The notes: a model not told the origin generated them from the letters alone. Shown: positions 1-9,811, counted from the stretch's first letter. The stretch: 64,000 nt of DNA from Deltaproteobacteria bacterium (GCA_034670305.1 JAXMNT010000013.1:1-64000); one strand, 5' to 3'. Made by a program: numbers and translations.

Positions 1-73
1 CGAACGGGCTCTCGCCCACCTCGAGCAGGTCGTCGCGATGCTCGTCGCGCTGATCAAGCGATCTGACCGCTGA
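1..73 (+). CDS. 3' end of a gene truncated by the window edge, possibly a four-helix-bundle (IVP-like) protein
   Basis: Frame +2 reads ERALAHLEQVVAMLVALIKRSDR-stop (TGA 71-73). The amphipathic 'L..VVAML..L' end resembles four-helix-bundle proteins, but only 23 codons are visible. Confidence 0.4.
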   Translation, partial: ERALAHLEQVVAMLVALIKRSDR

Positions 74-117
74 TCCGCGGGCAAGGGCAAAGGCAAGGGC
101 AGGGGCAAGGGGCAGGC
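72..117. repeat. (GGGCAA/GGGCAG)-type hexamer array
   Basis: gatccgcgggcaagggcaaaggcaagggcaggggcaaggggcagg; the same leading motif recurs at about 60209. Confidence 0.8.
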
Positions 118-174
118 TGCGAGAACCGAATCCGTTTCCGAGGCGGGGACGATGGTCTATGTTGCCCGTTCACC

Positions 175-1596
175 GTGGAGCAGCTCTCAGGACTCGATGC
201 GGCGTTCCTCTACCTCGAGACGCCCCAGATGCACATGCATGTCGCGCTCTGCGCGGTCATGGAAGGCGATACGATCCCGGAGGGCGAACGCTTCGGCGGG
301 GTGGAATCTCTGATCCGCGACCGGCTGCACCTGCTGCCTCCGTTCCGCCGCAAGCTCTTCGAGGATCCGCTCGGGCTCGACCATCCCTACTGGGTCGACG
401 ACCCCGACTTCGATCTCTTGCACCACATGCGCCACGTGCGCTGCGCCGCGCCCGGAGGCCCGAAAGAACTCGGCGACCTGGTGGGCCGCATCAACAGCCG
501 TGCGCTTCCGCGCGACCGGCCGCTCTGGGAGCTCTGGGTCATCGAAGGCCTCGAGAAGAACCGCTTCGCGATCGTCGCCAAGGTGCACCACTGCGCGGTC
601 GACGGGATGATGGGCGCCGGCATGATGGTGCACCTCTTCTCCATGCAGCCAGACGCGCCCGCGCCTCCGCCACCGCCTGCGACCGAAGACGAAGCGGTGC
701 CGTCGGATCTCGAGATGTTGCGCGGCGCCGCGATGACCCGCCTCAGTCAACCACGACGCTTGCTGGAGCTCGCGCGGCGCACCGCGCAGCGGGTCGGGGA
801 AGTGCTCGAGCGGCGACGCGATCCAGACGAGCCGTTCAAGGGTGCGGTGCCGCTCACCGCGCCGCGCACGCGCTTCAACCACACCATCGGCGCCCAGCGG
901 GACGTCGCGTTCGCGCGCTTGCCGCTCGCGGGGCTCAAGGCGATCAAGCACCGCCACGAAGGGGCCAAACTCAACGACGTCATCCTGGCCGTGGTCGCGG
1001 GTGCGCTGCGCCGGTACCTCACCCGTCACGGGGACTTGCCTGCGGTGCCGCTCGTGGCGACCTGTCCGGTGGCGACCAGCCGCGCGCGGGGCAGCAACCA
1101 GGTCTCTGCCATGTGGGTGCCGCTCCCCACCCATCTGGATGATCCGACCGAACGCATGCGCGCGATCCGCGCCTCGAGCCGCGGCGCCAAAGCAGACCAC
1201 CAGATGCTGGGCGGCGGGGAGCTGCTCGGCGATTGGGCGGAGCTCGCGCCGAGCACGACGATGCACCTGGCGACGAACTTCTACACGCGCCTCAAACTCG
1301 CGGAGCACCACCGGCCGTTTCACAACCTGGTCGTCTCCAACGTGCCGGGTCCGCCCTTCCCCATCTACCTGGCGGGCGCCAAACTCGTCGCGGCGTATCC
1401 CATGGGGCCGGTCATGGATGGCGCCGGGCTCAACGTGACCGTCATGAGCTACTGCAACGACGTCGATGTGGGGTTCATGGTGGCGCGCTCTGCGATGCCG
1501 GATGTCTGGCAACTCTGCGAGGATCTCCAGGCGAGCTACGACGAGCTCGACGCCGCCGGCGCGACGCCTGAGGTGCTGGTGCGGGAGAGTCCGTAG
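175..1596 (+). CDS. wax ester synthase / diacylglycerol acyltransferase (WS/DGAT)
   Basis: N-terminal LSGLDAAFLYLE, PLWE motif, catalytic HHCAVDG (HHxxxDG), C-terminal SNVPGP. Confidence 0.95.
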   Translation: MEQLSGLDAAFLYLETPQMHMHVALCAVMEGDTIPEGERFGGVESLIRDRLHLLPPFRRKLFEDPLGLDHPYWVDDPDFDLLHHMRHVRCAAPGGPKELGDLVGRINSRALPRDRPLWELWVIEGLEKNRFAIVAKVHHCAVDGMMGAGMMVHLFSMQPDAPAPPPPPATEDEAVPSDLEMLRGAAMTRLSQPRRLLELARRTAQRVGEVLERRRDPDEPFKGAVPLTAPRTRFNHTIGAQRDVAFARLPLAGLKAIKHRHEGAKLNDVILAVVAGALRRYLTRHGDLPAVPLVATCPVATSRARGSNQVSAMWVPLPTHLDDPTERMRAIRASSRGAKADHQMLGGGELLGDWAELAPSTTMHLATNFYTRLKLAEHHRPFHNLVVSNVPGPPFPIYLAGAKLVAAYPMGPVMDGAGLNVTVMSYCNDVDVGFMVARSAMPDVWQLCEDLQASYDELDAAGATPEVLVRESP

Positions 1597-2600
1597 TGCC
1601 GAACAGGGAAGCCCTGCAGGGACGCGTCGTCCTGGTGACCGGCGCGAGCAGCGGCATCGGGCTCGAGACCGCGAAGGCGCTGGCCGCGATGGGCGCGCAC
1701 CTGCTGTTCGTGGGCCGCAGTGCCGAACGCACCGAGGCGGCGCGGGTCGCGATCGACGCCGCCGGCTCGGGGCGCGTGCACGCGATCCGCGGCGACTTCT
1801 CCTCACTGGAGGAAGTGCGCCGGGTGGCGGACGACGTGCTCGCGTTCGACATGCCGCTGCACGTCGTCGTGCACAACGCTGGGCTCTGGCATCAGGAACG
1901 CACCCCGAGCCAAGATGGGTTCGAGGACACGTTCGCTGTGAACCACCTCGCCCCGTTTCTGCTGACGCACTTGCTGCTTCCGCGGATGCTGAAAAGCGAT
2001 GGCGACCGCCGCCTCGTGCACGTGTCGTCCCGCCTGCACGAACAAGCCGGCAACACCCGCACCGCGAGCGGCCGCGCGATCCACGCGATGAACGTGCTCG
2101 GCGTGCGGCTTCCGCCACCGAAGAGTCATCGATTCGACTTCGACGACTTGGCCTGCGCGAACGGGTTCCGCGGGCTCGAAGCCTACGCGCGAAGCAAACT
2201 CGCACAGCTGCTCTTCTCGGCCGAACTGGCGCGCCGGCTTCCCGAGGACGTGACCAGCAACGGCGTGCATCCGGGTTCGGTCAACACCTCGGTGACCCGC
2301 GACAACGCGGTGCTCAGCGTGGCCATCCGATTGGCGGGGCCGCTCTTGAAGACGCCCGCACAGGGAGCGCGGACCTCAGTGCACGTGGCCAGCGACGTGT
2401 CGCTTCGCGGCGTGACGGGCCGGTACTTCGAGAGCAGCCGCGAGGCGACGCCTTCACCGGCCGTCGCACACGAGGCCGACGCGCTGCGACTCTGGGATCT
2501 GAGCCTCTCGATGGTCGGCCTGAGCGCGCAGGACCTTGCGCCGGCGGTGCGGCAACGGCGCGTGCGCGCCCAGGCAACCGAGGGTATGGCTAGGGCATGA
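1596..2600 (+). CDS. short-chain dehydrogenase/reductase (retinol dehydrogenase-like)
   Basis: TGASSGIG, HNAG, YARSK (YxxxK), HPG motifs; overlaps the upstream stop by 1 nt. Confidence 0.93.
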   Translation: MPNREALQGRVVLVTGASSGIGLETAKALAAMGAHLLFVGRSAERTEAARVAIDAAGSGRVHAIRGDFSSLEEVRRVADDVLAFDMPLHVVVHNAGLWHQERTPSQDGFEDTFAVNHLAPFLLTHLLLPRMLKSDGDRRLVHVSSRLHEQAGNTRTASGRAIHAMNVLGVRLPPPKSHRFDFDDLACANGFRGLEAYARSKLAQLLFSAELARRLPEDVTSNGVHPGSVNTSVTRDNAVLSVAIRLAGPLLKTPAQGARTSVHVASDVSLRGVTGRYFESSREATPSPAVAHEADALRLWDLSLSMVGLSAQDLAPAVRQRRVRAQATEGMARA

Positions 2601-3100
2601 ACGACCTGGTCGATCCGAAGGGCTTCAAAGCCGCCATGCGTGCGTGGGCGAGCGGCGTCACCGTGCTGACCTCGCACGCGAACGACGAAGTCCACGGCAT
2701 GACGGTGTCCGCGTTCTCGAGCGTGTCCGCGGCGCCGCCGCTGGTGCTCGTGTGCGCGAACTCCACCTCGACCACGCACAGCGTCATCCAGGCGGGTGGC
2801 GTCTTCGCGGTGAACATCCTTGCGAGCGACCAGGAGCGGCTCTCGAACCAGTTCGCGTTCGCCGAAGCGGTGGACCGGTTCACCGACGTCACCTGGCACG
2901 CGGGAGAGACGGGGGCGCCGCTCCTCGACGGATGCGCCGCGCAGCTCGAATGCCGAGTGCGCTCTGCCCACCTCGAAGGCACCCACAGCATCTACATCGG
3001 CGAGGTGCTGAACACGTTCGTGACGGACAAGGAGCCGCTGCTCTACTTCGACGGCGGCTACCGCAGCCTCGCCCCGGCACCGACGCTTCCCTCCAAGTAG
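2597..3100 (+). CDS. flavin reductase family protein
   Basis: GVTVLT, GMTVSAFSSVS..PPLVLVC, GTHSIYIGEV, PLLYF..GY; ATGA overlap. Confidence 0.93.
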   Translation: MNDLVDPKGFKAAMRAWASGVTVLTSHANDEVHGMTVSAFSSVSAAPPLVLVCANSTSTTHSVIQAGGVFAVNILASDQERLSNQFAFAEAVDRFTDVTWHAGETGAPLLDGCAAQLECRVRSAHLEGTHSIYIGEVLNTFVTDKEPLLYFDGGYRSLAPAPTLPSK

Positions 3101-3216
3101 CGCGAGACAACTTCGCTCCCACGTCGCCCGAGTCGGGTGGACGGGCCGAGCCGGGTGATCGCGTGACCGAGTGCGTGACCGCCCTGCAGCTTCTGCCCCC
3201 ATGCTAGATCGTCGCG

Positions 3217-3597
3217 GTGCTTCGCATCGAAGAGCGTGGGGCCCTCTTGTTCATCGAGGCCCGGGGGGCGATCTCTGTCGAGGAGATGGAAGCGCACTTC
3301 CGTGAACTGCAGGCGATCGCCGAGCGCACCACCGGCGACGTCGCCACCGTCATCGATGCACGCACGGTGGATCTGAAGAGCCTTCGGGGCGCGCACCGCG
3401 ACTGCGCCGTGGACAACCTCCGGCGCTTGAAACCGCTGGTCGCGCACCGCTACGTCGCGCAAGCGATGGTGCTCTCGACCGCGTGGGGCCGGGGGCTGAC
3501 GCGCATGCTCCACCTCTTCGTGAAACCCGCCCAGCACACGAAGGCGTTCGCGTCCGTCCTCCCCGCCGAAGCCTGGGCCCGGTCGCATCTGCGCTAG
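3217..3597 (+). CDS. small STAS/SEC14-like hypothetical protein
   Basis: 126 aa alpha/beta pattern (VIDAR...AMVLS...F....AEAW) typical of myxobacterial SpoIIAA-like proteins. Confidence 0.55.
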   Translation: MLRIEERGALLFIEARGAISVEEMEAHFRELQAIAERTTGDVATVIDARTVDLKSLRGAHRDCAVDNLRRLKPLVAHRYVAQAMVLSTAWGRGLTRMLHLFVKPAQHTKAFASVLPAEAWARSHLR

Positions 3598-3609
3598 CGC
3601 GGAAGTCGG

Positions 3610-5799
3610 CTACGCGAGGGGGAGTTGGACGCGAACTTCGCAGCCGGGTCCCGACTCGGGCGCGCCCACCGACACGGTGCCGCCCTGCGCCTCGGTCAGT
3701 TCGAGCACGAGGGCCAGCCCGATGCCGGTGCCGGGCAGGTGATCTTCGCCTGTGCGCACCACGCGGTGAAACCGTTCGAAGATCTTCGACCGTTCGGCGG
3801 CCGGCACGCCCGCGCCGCGATCTCGGACCACGAGCCGCGCCATCGGTCCCTCCCGCGAGACGGAGACGGTGATGCGGCGCTCCTCGCCGGCGCCGTACTT
3901 GGACGCGTTGTCGAGCAGGTTCAGAACGATGAGATCCAGCGCCTGGGCGTCGAAGCGCGCCAGCAACGGGCCGCCTTCTTCCACCGGATCGACTTCGAAC
4001 CCGCGACGTTCGAGAAACGCGCGCTGCGACTCCACCAGCGAGGTGAGGTGCGCGCGAAGATCCGCGTCCTGAAGCCGAAGCGTGTGGGCGCCCTCTTCGA
4101 GCCGCGACAACTCGAGCACGTTCTCGATCAACTGACCGAGACGCACCGATTCCTGCACGAGCTCTCCGTACACCTTCGCGCGCCGGCCCTCGACCACCAT
4201 GCCTTCGTCGAGCATCTCCGCGTGCATGCGCAGGGTGGTCAGTGGGGTGCGCAACTCGTGGCTGACCGCGGAGACGAACGCGCTCTTCTGCCGCGAGAGT
4301 TCGTCGACCCGCTTCGCCGCGCGCACGACCAGCAGACCGACGAGTGAGAGCAGCAACAAGACCCCGAGCAGCACTCCGATGTGGAGCTGCCCTTCCCGCT
4401 CGAGACCCGCGAGCGCGGGCGCGAGCTGGGCGTTGGTGTAGCAGAGGTCGAGGTGGAGCAGCTCGCTGCTCGGCGCCCGCACCGCGCAGTCGGCCTGCTC
4501 GTCGCGCGGCACCAACTCGGGCGTCACGGTCTGCAGCCCCACCGGCGCCTCGCCGTACCGCTCGACGAGTCCAGGGATCCACGCGTCGCGCAGGTGGGCG
4601 TGGTCGACCAGCGCGCCCTGCACCACCGACGCTCCGTCGTGACTGACGAGGCGGTGCAGTACGAGGGTTCCGTCGATCATGCGCCAACGCATCGGCGTGT
4701 ACCCCACGTCCGCCTCGCGCTGGCTCAGAAGCGCTTGGGGCGCCGGGGCACACCCGAACTCGTCCGGTGCGTCGCACTGCAAGAGCGAGGGGTCGAGAGG
4801 CGACGGCAGGTCGGGCGGCGCCGTCGCGGCCACGCGCGGCCGCCGGACCATCCGGCTGGGGCGCGTGGACATCGATCCCGTGGACGCGGCCGCCATCTCG
4901 GCAACTGGAGCCATCTCGGCAACCGGCGCCATCTCCGTGGCCGTGGCCAGAGCGACCTGGGTTGTCCCTTGAGTCGTCCCTTCGGATTCGGTCTCGGTCC
5001 AGGCCACGTCGTTGCGGCGGGTCCGCGGCATCTGGCGGCCGCGGGCCTGAAGGCGTTGGTTGGCGACGAGGCTGCCGCGCTGGGCCGCTTCGATCTCGGC
5101 GACCACGGTGTTGCTCCACTGCTCGAGCCCCACCGCCAAGGGACCGTCCGGCGTCTCCGCTTCGAGCGCCGCTTCTTCGCCCTGCTCGGGCTGTGCCACC
5201 TCGACGTTTCGCGCGAGGACTTCAGGCTCGGCCGCCTGTGCCATCCCCCGGCGAATCCGCGCCGGACGAGGCGGCGGCTCCTCTACCGTCTCGGCGCGAA
5301 ACGCGTCCGTCGAAGGAGGCAGCGAGCTCAAGAGGTTCATGCCCAGGCCGCTCGCGATCAACGCCTTGAGGGTGCCGAAGGCAGGGTGCGCGAGGCGGCC
5401 GAGCACTCGGTCCGTTCGCACACTGCGCGGCGCCCGCTCCCGGTCGTACGGGGTGCGGACGTTCCCGTCTGGATCGATCTGGAAGTGACCGATGAGCCGG
5501 GGGTCTTCGGGATTGGTCGCGAGTGGCGTCACCGCCACCGGGTCGCTCACCGCCAGCACGTCCGGCGGACTGAAGTAGTGGTGGTAGTGGTAGAAGGGCC
5601 GTCGGTCTTCCCGCGCGCGAAGCTCTTCCAGGGACTCGTCGATCGCGGCCCGCACCCCGCCGGCGGTCCGTCGCAGGCCTGCCCGGAGCTCCGCCTCGCG
5701 CGCACGACGTTCGGCGCCGGCCGCCGCCCACCAACCGAACGCGAGCAGCGCGGTGAGCGCGACGACGAAGATGCTGAAGAGTCGAAGGTGGCGCGTCAC
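3610..5799 (-). CDS. membrane sensor histidine kinase
   Basis: H-box VSHELRTPLT, N-box NLLDNASKY, DRGAGV and GTGIGL boxes, two TM segments. Start re-called at GTG 5799, overlapping the regulator stop (GTGA). Confidence 0.92.
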   Translation of the reverse strand: MTRHLRLFSIFVVALTALLAFGWWAAAGAERRAREAELRAGLRRTAGGVRAAIDESLEELRAREDRRPFYHYHHYFSPPDVLAVSDPVAVTPLATNPEDPRLIGHFQIDPDGNVRTPYDRERAPRSVRTDRVLGRLAHPAFGTLKALIASGLGMNLLSSLPPSTDAFRAETVEEPPPRPARIRRGMAQAAEPEVLARNVEVAQPEQGEEAALEAETPDGPLAVGLEQWSNTVVAEIEAAQRGSLVANQRLQARGRQMPRTRRNDVAWTETESEGTTQGTTQVALATATEMAPVAEMAPVAEMAAASTGSMSTRPSRMVRRPRVAATAPPDLPSPLDPSLLQCDAPDEFGCAPAPQALLSQREADVGYTPMRWRMIDGTLVLHRLVSHDGASVVQGALVDHAHLRDAWIPGLVERYGEAPVGLQTVTPELVPRDEQADCAVRAPSSELLHLDLCYTNAQLAPALAGLEREGQLHIGVLLGVLLLLSLVGLLVVRAAKRVDELSRQKSAFVSAVSHELRTPLTTLRMHAEMLDEGMVVEGRRAKVYGELVQESVRLGQLIENVLELSRLEEGAHTLRLQDADLRAHLTSLVESQRAFLERRGFEVDPVEEGGPLLARFDAQALDLIVLNLLDNASKYGAGEERRITVSVSREGPMARLVVRDRGAGVPAAERSKIFERFHRVVRTGEDHLPGTGIGLALVLELTEAQGGTVSVGAPESGPGCEVRVQLPLA

Positions 5800-6503
5800 G
5801 TCTCGAGGCGTCCACCGAACCGGTAGCCCTTGCCGCGCACCGTTTCGATCCAGTCCGACCCTTCGGGCACCGACTTGAGCTTCGCGCGCAGCTGTTGGAT
5901 GTGCACGTCGATGGTCCGCGTGCGGATGGACCCATCGCGGTAGCCCCACACCTCGACGAGCAACTCGGCGCGTTCGACGATGCGGTGGGCACGCATCGCG
6001 AGGAACTCCAGGAGCGCCGCCTCGCGCGCGGTGAGACGCACAGTCTCTTGGTCGCTGCGCACCTCATGGGTTCCGAGATCGAGGACCGCTGGACCCACCT
6101 GGAGCACCCGCGGCGCCGCGGTCTCGGTGGGCTTGCGGCGAATCAACCCGCGCGCCCGCGCGACGAGCTCCTTCACCCCGAACGGCTTGGTGACGTAGTC
6201 GTCGGCGCCCGCTTCCAACCCGGCGACGATGTCGTCTTCCGCGCCACGCGCGGTGAGCACGACCACCGGGGTGGGATCGCCGGCGGCGCGCAACCGGCGC
6301 AATACGTCGAGACCGGGCAGCGATGGGATCATGAGGTCGAGCACGATCAGGTCCCACGCGCTTCCAGACGCCCGCTCGAGCCCCAGCGCCCCGTCGCCGA
6401 CGCCCTCGACCTCGAACCCCTGCGCCTCGAACAGCGCCACCAGTCCGTCTCGGATCGGGGGCTCGTCCTCGACGATCAGGATGCGGCCGAGTGGAGACTC
6501 CAT
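5796..6503 (-). CDS. OmpR/PhoB-family response regulator
   Basis: ILIVEDE, LDLMIP phospho-Asp, TA, KPF, and a C-terminal wHTH (DVHIQQLRAKL, TVRGKGY). Confidence 0.96.
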   Translation of the reverse strand: MESPLGRILIVEDEPPIRDGLVALFEAQGFEVEGVGDGALGLERASGSAWDLIVLDLMIPSLPGLDVLRRLRAAGDPTPVVVLTARGAEDDIVAGLEAGADDYVTKPFGVKELVARARGLIRRKPTETAAPRVLQVGPAVLDLGTHEVRSDQETVRLTAREAALLEFLAMRAHRIVERAELLVEVWGYRDGSIRTRTIDVHIQQLRAKLKSVPEGSDWIETVRGKGYRFGGRLET

Positions 6504-6552
6504 GGACGCAGTATGGATCGAACCGGCCCCGCCGCGGCTCTGATCCCCAGGG

Positions 6553-6569
6553 CTTTACGAAACGTTAAC
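6553..6569 (-). promoter_or_regulatory. possible OmpR-type tandem binding site (GTTAA-N6-GTAAA on the minus strand)
   Basis: AT-rich 11-bp-period direct repeat about 50 nt upstream of the regulator start, in a GC-rich background. Confidence 0.35.
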
Positions 6570-6575
6570 CTGGGC

Positions 6576-6711
6576 GTCAGCGCTGCGATTCCCGAAGTCA
6601 GCGCTGCGATTCCCGAAGTCAGCGCTGCGATTCCCGAAGTCAGCGCTGCGATTCCCGAAGTCAGCGCTGCGATTCCCGAAGTCAGCGCTGCGATTCCCGA
6701 AGTCAGCGCTG
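6576..6711. repeat. 21-bp perfect tandem repeat (VNTR), 6 copies plus 10 nt
   Basis: Unit gtcagcgctgcgattcccgaa starting at 6576, 6597, 6618, 6639, 6660, 6681, with a partial copy at 6702. Confidence 0.98.
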
Positions 6712-7659
6712 GGTCGCGGCGGCTTTGAGGATCTTGGTGAGGTTCTGCTTCTCCCAGGCCTCGGCTTGGTCGTGGTAGACGAACGCCCGCTCGCGGGTCC
6801 GAAAGTCTTTGCCGTGGTACACGCGCCGACCCCCGACCCGTTTGGCCGGGATCGCGTGGTGGAGCATCTCGTGGAACACCACCGAGGCCACGTAGTAGTC
6901 CGGCACCCACGCCTGATCGAGCACCGGGTGCACTCGGATCAGCTTCTCGTCCGGCAGGTAGGTCCCGAGTTGAATGGTGCGCTGGCGGCGACGCTTTCGT
7001 TTGCCCCACGCGCCCCACGTGATGCGGCAGTCGGCCATCGGCTCCGGAAAGAGCGGCGCGAGCTGCGCGAACATCGCCGCGAGGTCGTGACAGGCACCCA
7101 GCGTGCGGATCCGGACGCGCCGCTTCGGAGGCACCGGCGGAAGCTGTTCCAAGCGATCCGCGATGAACTGATCGAGCACGACGCCCGCCGCGCGGTTGCG
7201 CCGCCCGACGTACCGCCCGAGGGCGCCGAGCACGGCGTCGGGCGCATCGAGGAACATCCGGTGCAGCCGCACCTCCTGGCGCCCCCGACGTCGTCGCGTG
7301 CTGATCATCACCGTGCGGTTGTCCGTGATCTCGAGGTCCACCGGATCGCCCAACGCATCGTGCAACACCACTGCGATTTGCCGGATGGTGTTGCGGTGTG
7401 CACGCGGCTCTGCGGGCGCGCTCTCGTCGTCGACCCCGTCGTGGCGACTCCGGTCGTCGACACTTCCGTCGTCGAGGCCCGCGTCGAGGCCCCCGTCGAA
7501 ACACGGGGTGGTCGGAAGCGCATCCGCCTCCGAGCCGGGTTCTGCGGCGGCGCGCGGTGGCGTCACGCGAGGCTCGGTCGCCACCTTCTCAGACGACGCC
7601 GGAACGGCGGGCTCCGGATCGAACCCGACGTCGAACGCAAACGCGAGCTGCTTCGCCAA
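6703..7659 (-). CDS. SprT/M48-like zinc metallopeptidase domain protein
   Basis: ITWG...LGTY...IRVHPVLD...FHEMLHH...H..F (HExxH); N-terminal region is disordered and the start is uncertain. Confidence 0.85.
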   Translation of the reverse strand: MAKQLAFAFDVGFDPEPAVPASSEKVATEPRVTPPRAAAEPGSEADALPTTPCFDGGLDAGLDDGSVDDRSRHDGVDDESAPAEPRAHRNTIRQIAVVLHDALGDPVDLEITDNRTVMISTRRRRGRQEVRLHRMFLDAPDAVLGALGRYVGRRNRAAGVVLDQFIADRLEQLPPVPPKRRVRIRTLGACHDLAAMFAQLAPLFPEPMADCRITWGAWGKRKRRRQRTIQLGTYLPDEKLIRVHPVLDQAWVPDYYVASVVFHEMLHHAIPAKRVGGRRVYHGKDFRTRERAFVYHDQAEAWEKQNLTKILKAAATQR

Positions 7660-7660
7660 C

Positions 7661-9811
7661 CTAGCGCGGGATGGGCTTGAGGTTCAGTCCGCCGGCGTAG
7701 GCGTAGCTCACGAACGCATCGAAGCCGTACACCACGATGCCCACCGGCAAGTTGCTCAGGACGCTGTGCACGCCGTCGTTCTGCTCGCCGTCCCGAACGC
7801 CTTCGCCCGGGTCTTCGCAGTCCGGATCCGTCTCCGGATCGCAGAGGCGTCCGACTTCGGGGAACGAGAGCTGGCAGCGGTACACGACCTGCTCGGCGGG
7901 CGGGTCGCCGGGCATGCGATCGATGCCATCGGCCGGACCCATGTCGCAGCGGCCCATGACGGACTCGCCATCGAGCCGAACGTCGGCATCTCGGTCCGCG
8001 GTGATGACCACGAAGTCGAACGCGTACTGGTCCGGCGTGAGGAACACGTACTCGCGGCGGTACTGCTCGATGGGCGGCACCGCGACGATGGCCGGGTCAC
8101 CACCCGGGTAGTGGTTCGGAATGCCGAGGGCCTGCTGCGAGGGAAGCGCTTGGAGCACCGCGATCGGTTTTCCGCCCGCGGAGTTCATCAGGAAGTCGGA
8201 GCCGGCGCGCAGGATCACCGAGTCGCCCTGGTTCATCACGACCTGATCGTCGGGCGGGGGAAGCGTCGTGGTGACGATGGTCTCGCCAGGTGCCACCGCG
8301 ACCACGCGGACCCACTCCGGCTCGTTCACTTCGGCGACCGAGTCCACGAACGGGTCGAGGAATGCCCCGTTGAGGGCCCGGGTGCGGGGCGGCATGCGCG
8401 CGATGATGAACGACGAGCCGAGCACGTCGTCGCTGAAGAGCTGGTCTTCGAGGTGGTCGGCGCAGCAGAGTCGCGTCGCATAGGTGTCGAAGCGCGGCGC
8501 ATCCGACGCCTCACTGCCCACGAAGACCGCCACCGGCGCCGTCGCTTCGACGCGGGTACCGGTGAAGTCGCCGTTGAGTCCGTCGGTCTCGAGGTTGAGC
8601 ACGTCGAAGGGTCCGAGCTCCACGGTGTACGTGTCGCCCTCCCCCATCATCGGAATGCTCTGGGCGGGGTTGCCGACGACCTGCACGACCAGGCGGCCCA
8701 TGGTGAGGTTGACGGTGGCCCGCTCGGGTCCACCGAGCACGGTCATGAACGCGCGCAAGTCCTCGTCGTCCACGCTCGGGTCGAAGTCCACCGCGCGGCA
8801 GGCGGGTTGTTCGGGATCACAATCCGCGTCCGCGATGGTCTGCGGCCAGCCCACGACGGTGTAGGTGTCCCCGAGCGCGCTGGTCGGAAGGAGCAGCGAG
8901 GCGTCGTTCGAGAACACACCGACGTTGTCGAGCGGGTTGAACTGGTAGGCGATGATCGGAAACTGCGAGCGCACCCGGTAGGCTTGGGCGCTGAGCGCGG
9001 AGTGGGTGCCGTCGTTCTGCCCCGTGGCGTCGATGCTGTTGCGGCAGAAGCAGATCGGGCCGCCGCCACCACCACAGGCGCACACTTCGTCGCCGGGACA
9101 GTCGTCGTCCGGCGCGGCGCAGAGCACGTTGCTGCTCGCGCCGTCGACCTCGCGGCGCGGAAGCGCGAACACTTCGAGGTCGCCGGGAACCAGCAACGCC
9201 GTGGCTACTTCGCGGATGATGGGTTCTTCCCCGAACGGCGCGTCGTTCACTTCCACGACCACTTCGGTGGTCAGCGGGCTCGGGTTCGAGACCACGATCG
9301 CGTACTGCTGACTCGATGCGTCGCGCCCGGCGCCGAGCGCTGCGTTGTCGAGGTCCGCGCCGTAGAACTCACAGCCCTGGTAGCTGCGGTCTTCGATCGC
9401 CACTTCGCAGAGGTTGCGGCACTGGCCATCGCGGCAGACGTCGCCTTCTTCGAGCAAGCACTCCTCGACGAGGGTGAAGTCGTCGCCCTCCGAGTTGCAC
9501 ATGACCACGTCGTTGTCGCGGCAGAAGACCCGGTCCGGCCGGCAGATGGTGCAGCCGATCTCCGGTACACACATCTCTTCGGGATCGTGGAGCGAGCAGT
9601 CGTCCGGGTTCGCGGCCAGGAACTCACCGTCCTCGACGCACGTGTACCAAGTGTTCCCGAGGCACGCCTGGGAGTTGGGGGTGAAACACACGAACCCACC
9701 GTCCACGATGGGGTTGGGTTCCCCTGCATCGAGGCGCGAGACGTCGTCGTCGCCGCATGCGGCCAGGACGAGGAGGACGGAGGAGAAACAAAGGAAGCGA
9801 ATGGAGTCCAT
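7661..9811 (-). CDS. Cys-rich lipoprotein with IgGFc-binding-like domain
   Basis: Lipobox LAAC-GDDD, SYQGCEFY, AYQFNPL..SNDASLLLP, DHLEDQL, GDPA, C-terminal YGFD..SYAYAGG. Confidence 0.85.
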   Translation of the reverse strand: MDSIRFLCFSSVLLVLAACGDDDVSRLDAGEPNPIVDGGFVCFTPNSQACLGNTWYTCVEDGEFLAANPDDCSLHDPEEMCVPEIGCTICRPDRVFCRDNDVVMCNSEGDDFTLVEECLLEEGDVCRDGQCRNLCEVAIEDRSYQGCEFYGADLDNAALGAGRDASSQQYAIVVSNPSPLTTEVVVEVNDAPFGEEPIIREVATALLVPGDLEVFALPRREVDGASSNVLCAAPDDDCPGDEVCACGGGGGPICFCRNSIDATGQNDGTHSALSAQAYRVRSQFPIIAYQFNPLDNVGVFSNDASLLLPTSALGDTYTVVGWPQTIADADCDPEQPACRAVDFDPSVDDEDLRAFMTVLGGPERATVNLTMGRLVVQVVGNPAQSIPMMGEGDTYTVELGPFDVLNLETDGLNGDFTGTRVEATAPVAVFVGSEASDAPRFDTYATRLCCADHLEDQLFSDDVLGSSFIIARMPPRTRALNGAFLDPFVDSVAEVNEPEWVRVVAVAPGETIVTTTLPPPDDQVVMNQGDSVILRAGSDFLMNSAGGKPIAVLQALPSQQALGIPNHYPGGDPAIVAVPPIEQYRREYVFLTPDQYAFDFVVITADRDADVRLDGESVMGRCDMGPADGIDRMPGDPPAEQVVYRCQLSFPEVGRLCDPETDPDCEDPGEGVRDGEQNDGVHSVLSNLPVGIVVYGFDAFVSYAYAGGLNLKPIPR

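Noticed and set aside
6576-6711. CRISPR array, iterons, or coding repeat (VSAAIPE / ALTSGIA ORFs)
   Set aside because: Units are contiguous with no spacers, there is no rep gene, and the ORFs crossing it are shadows of neighbouring genes.
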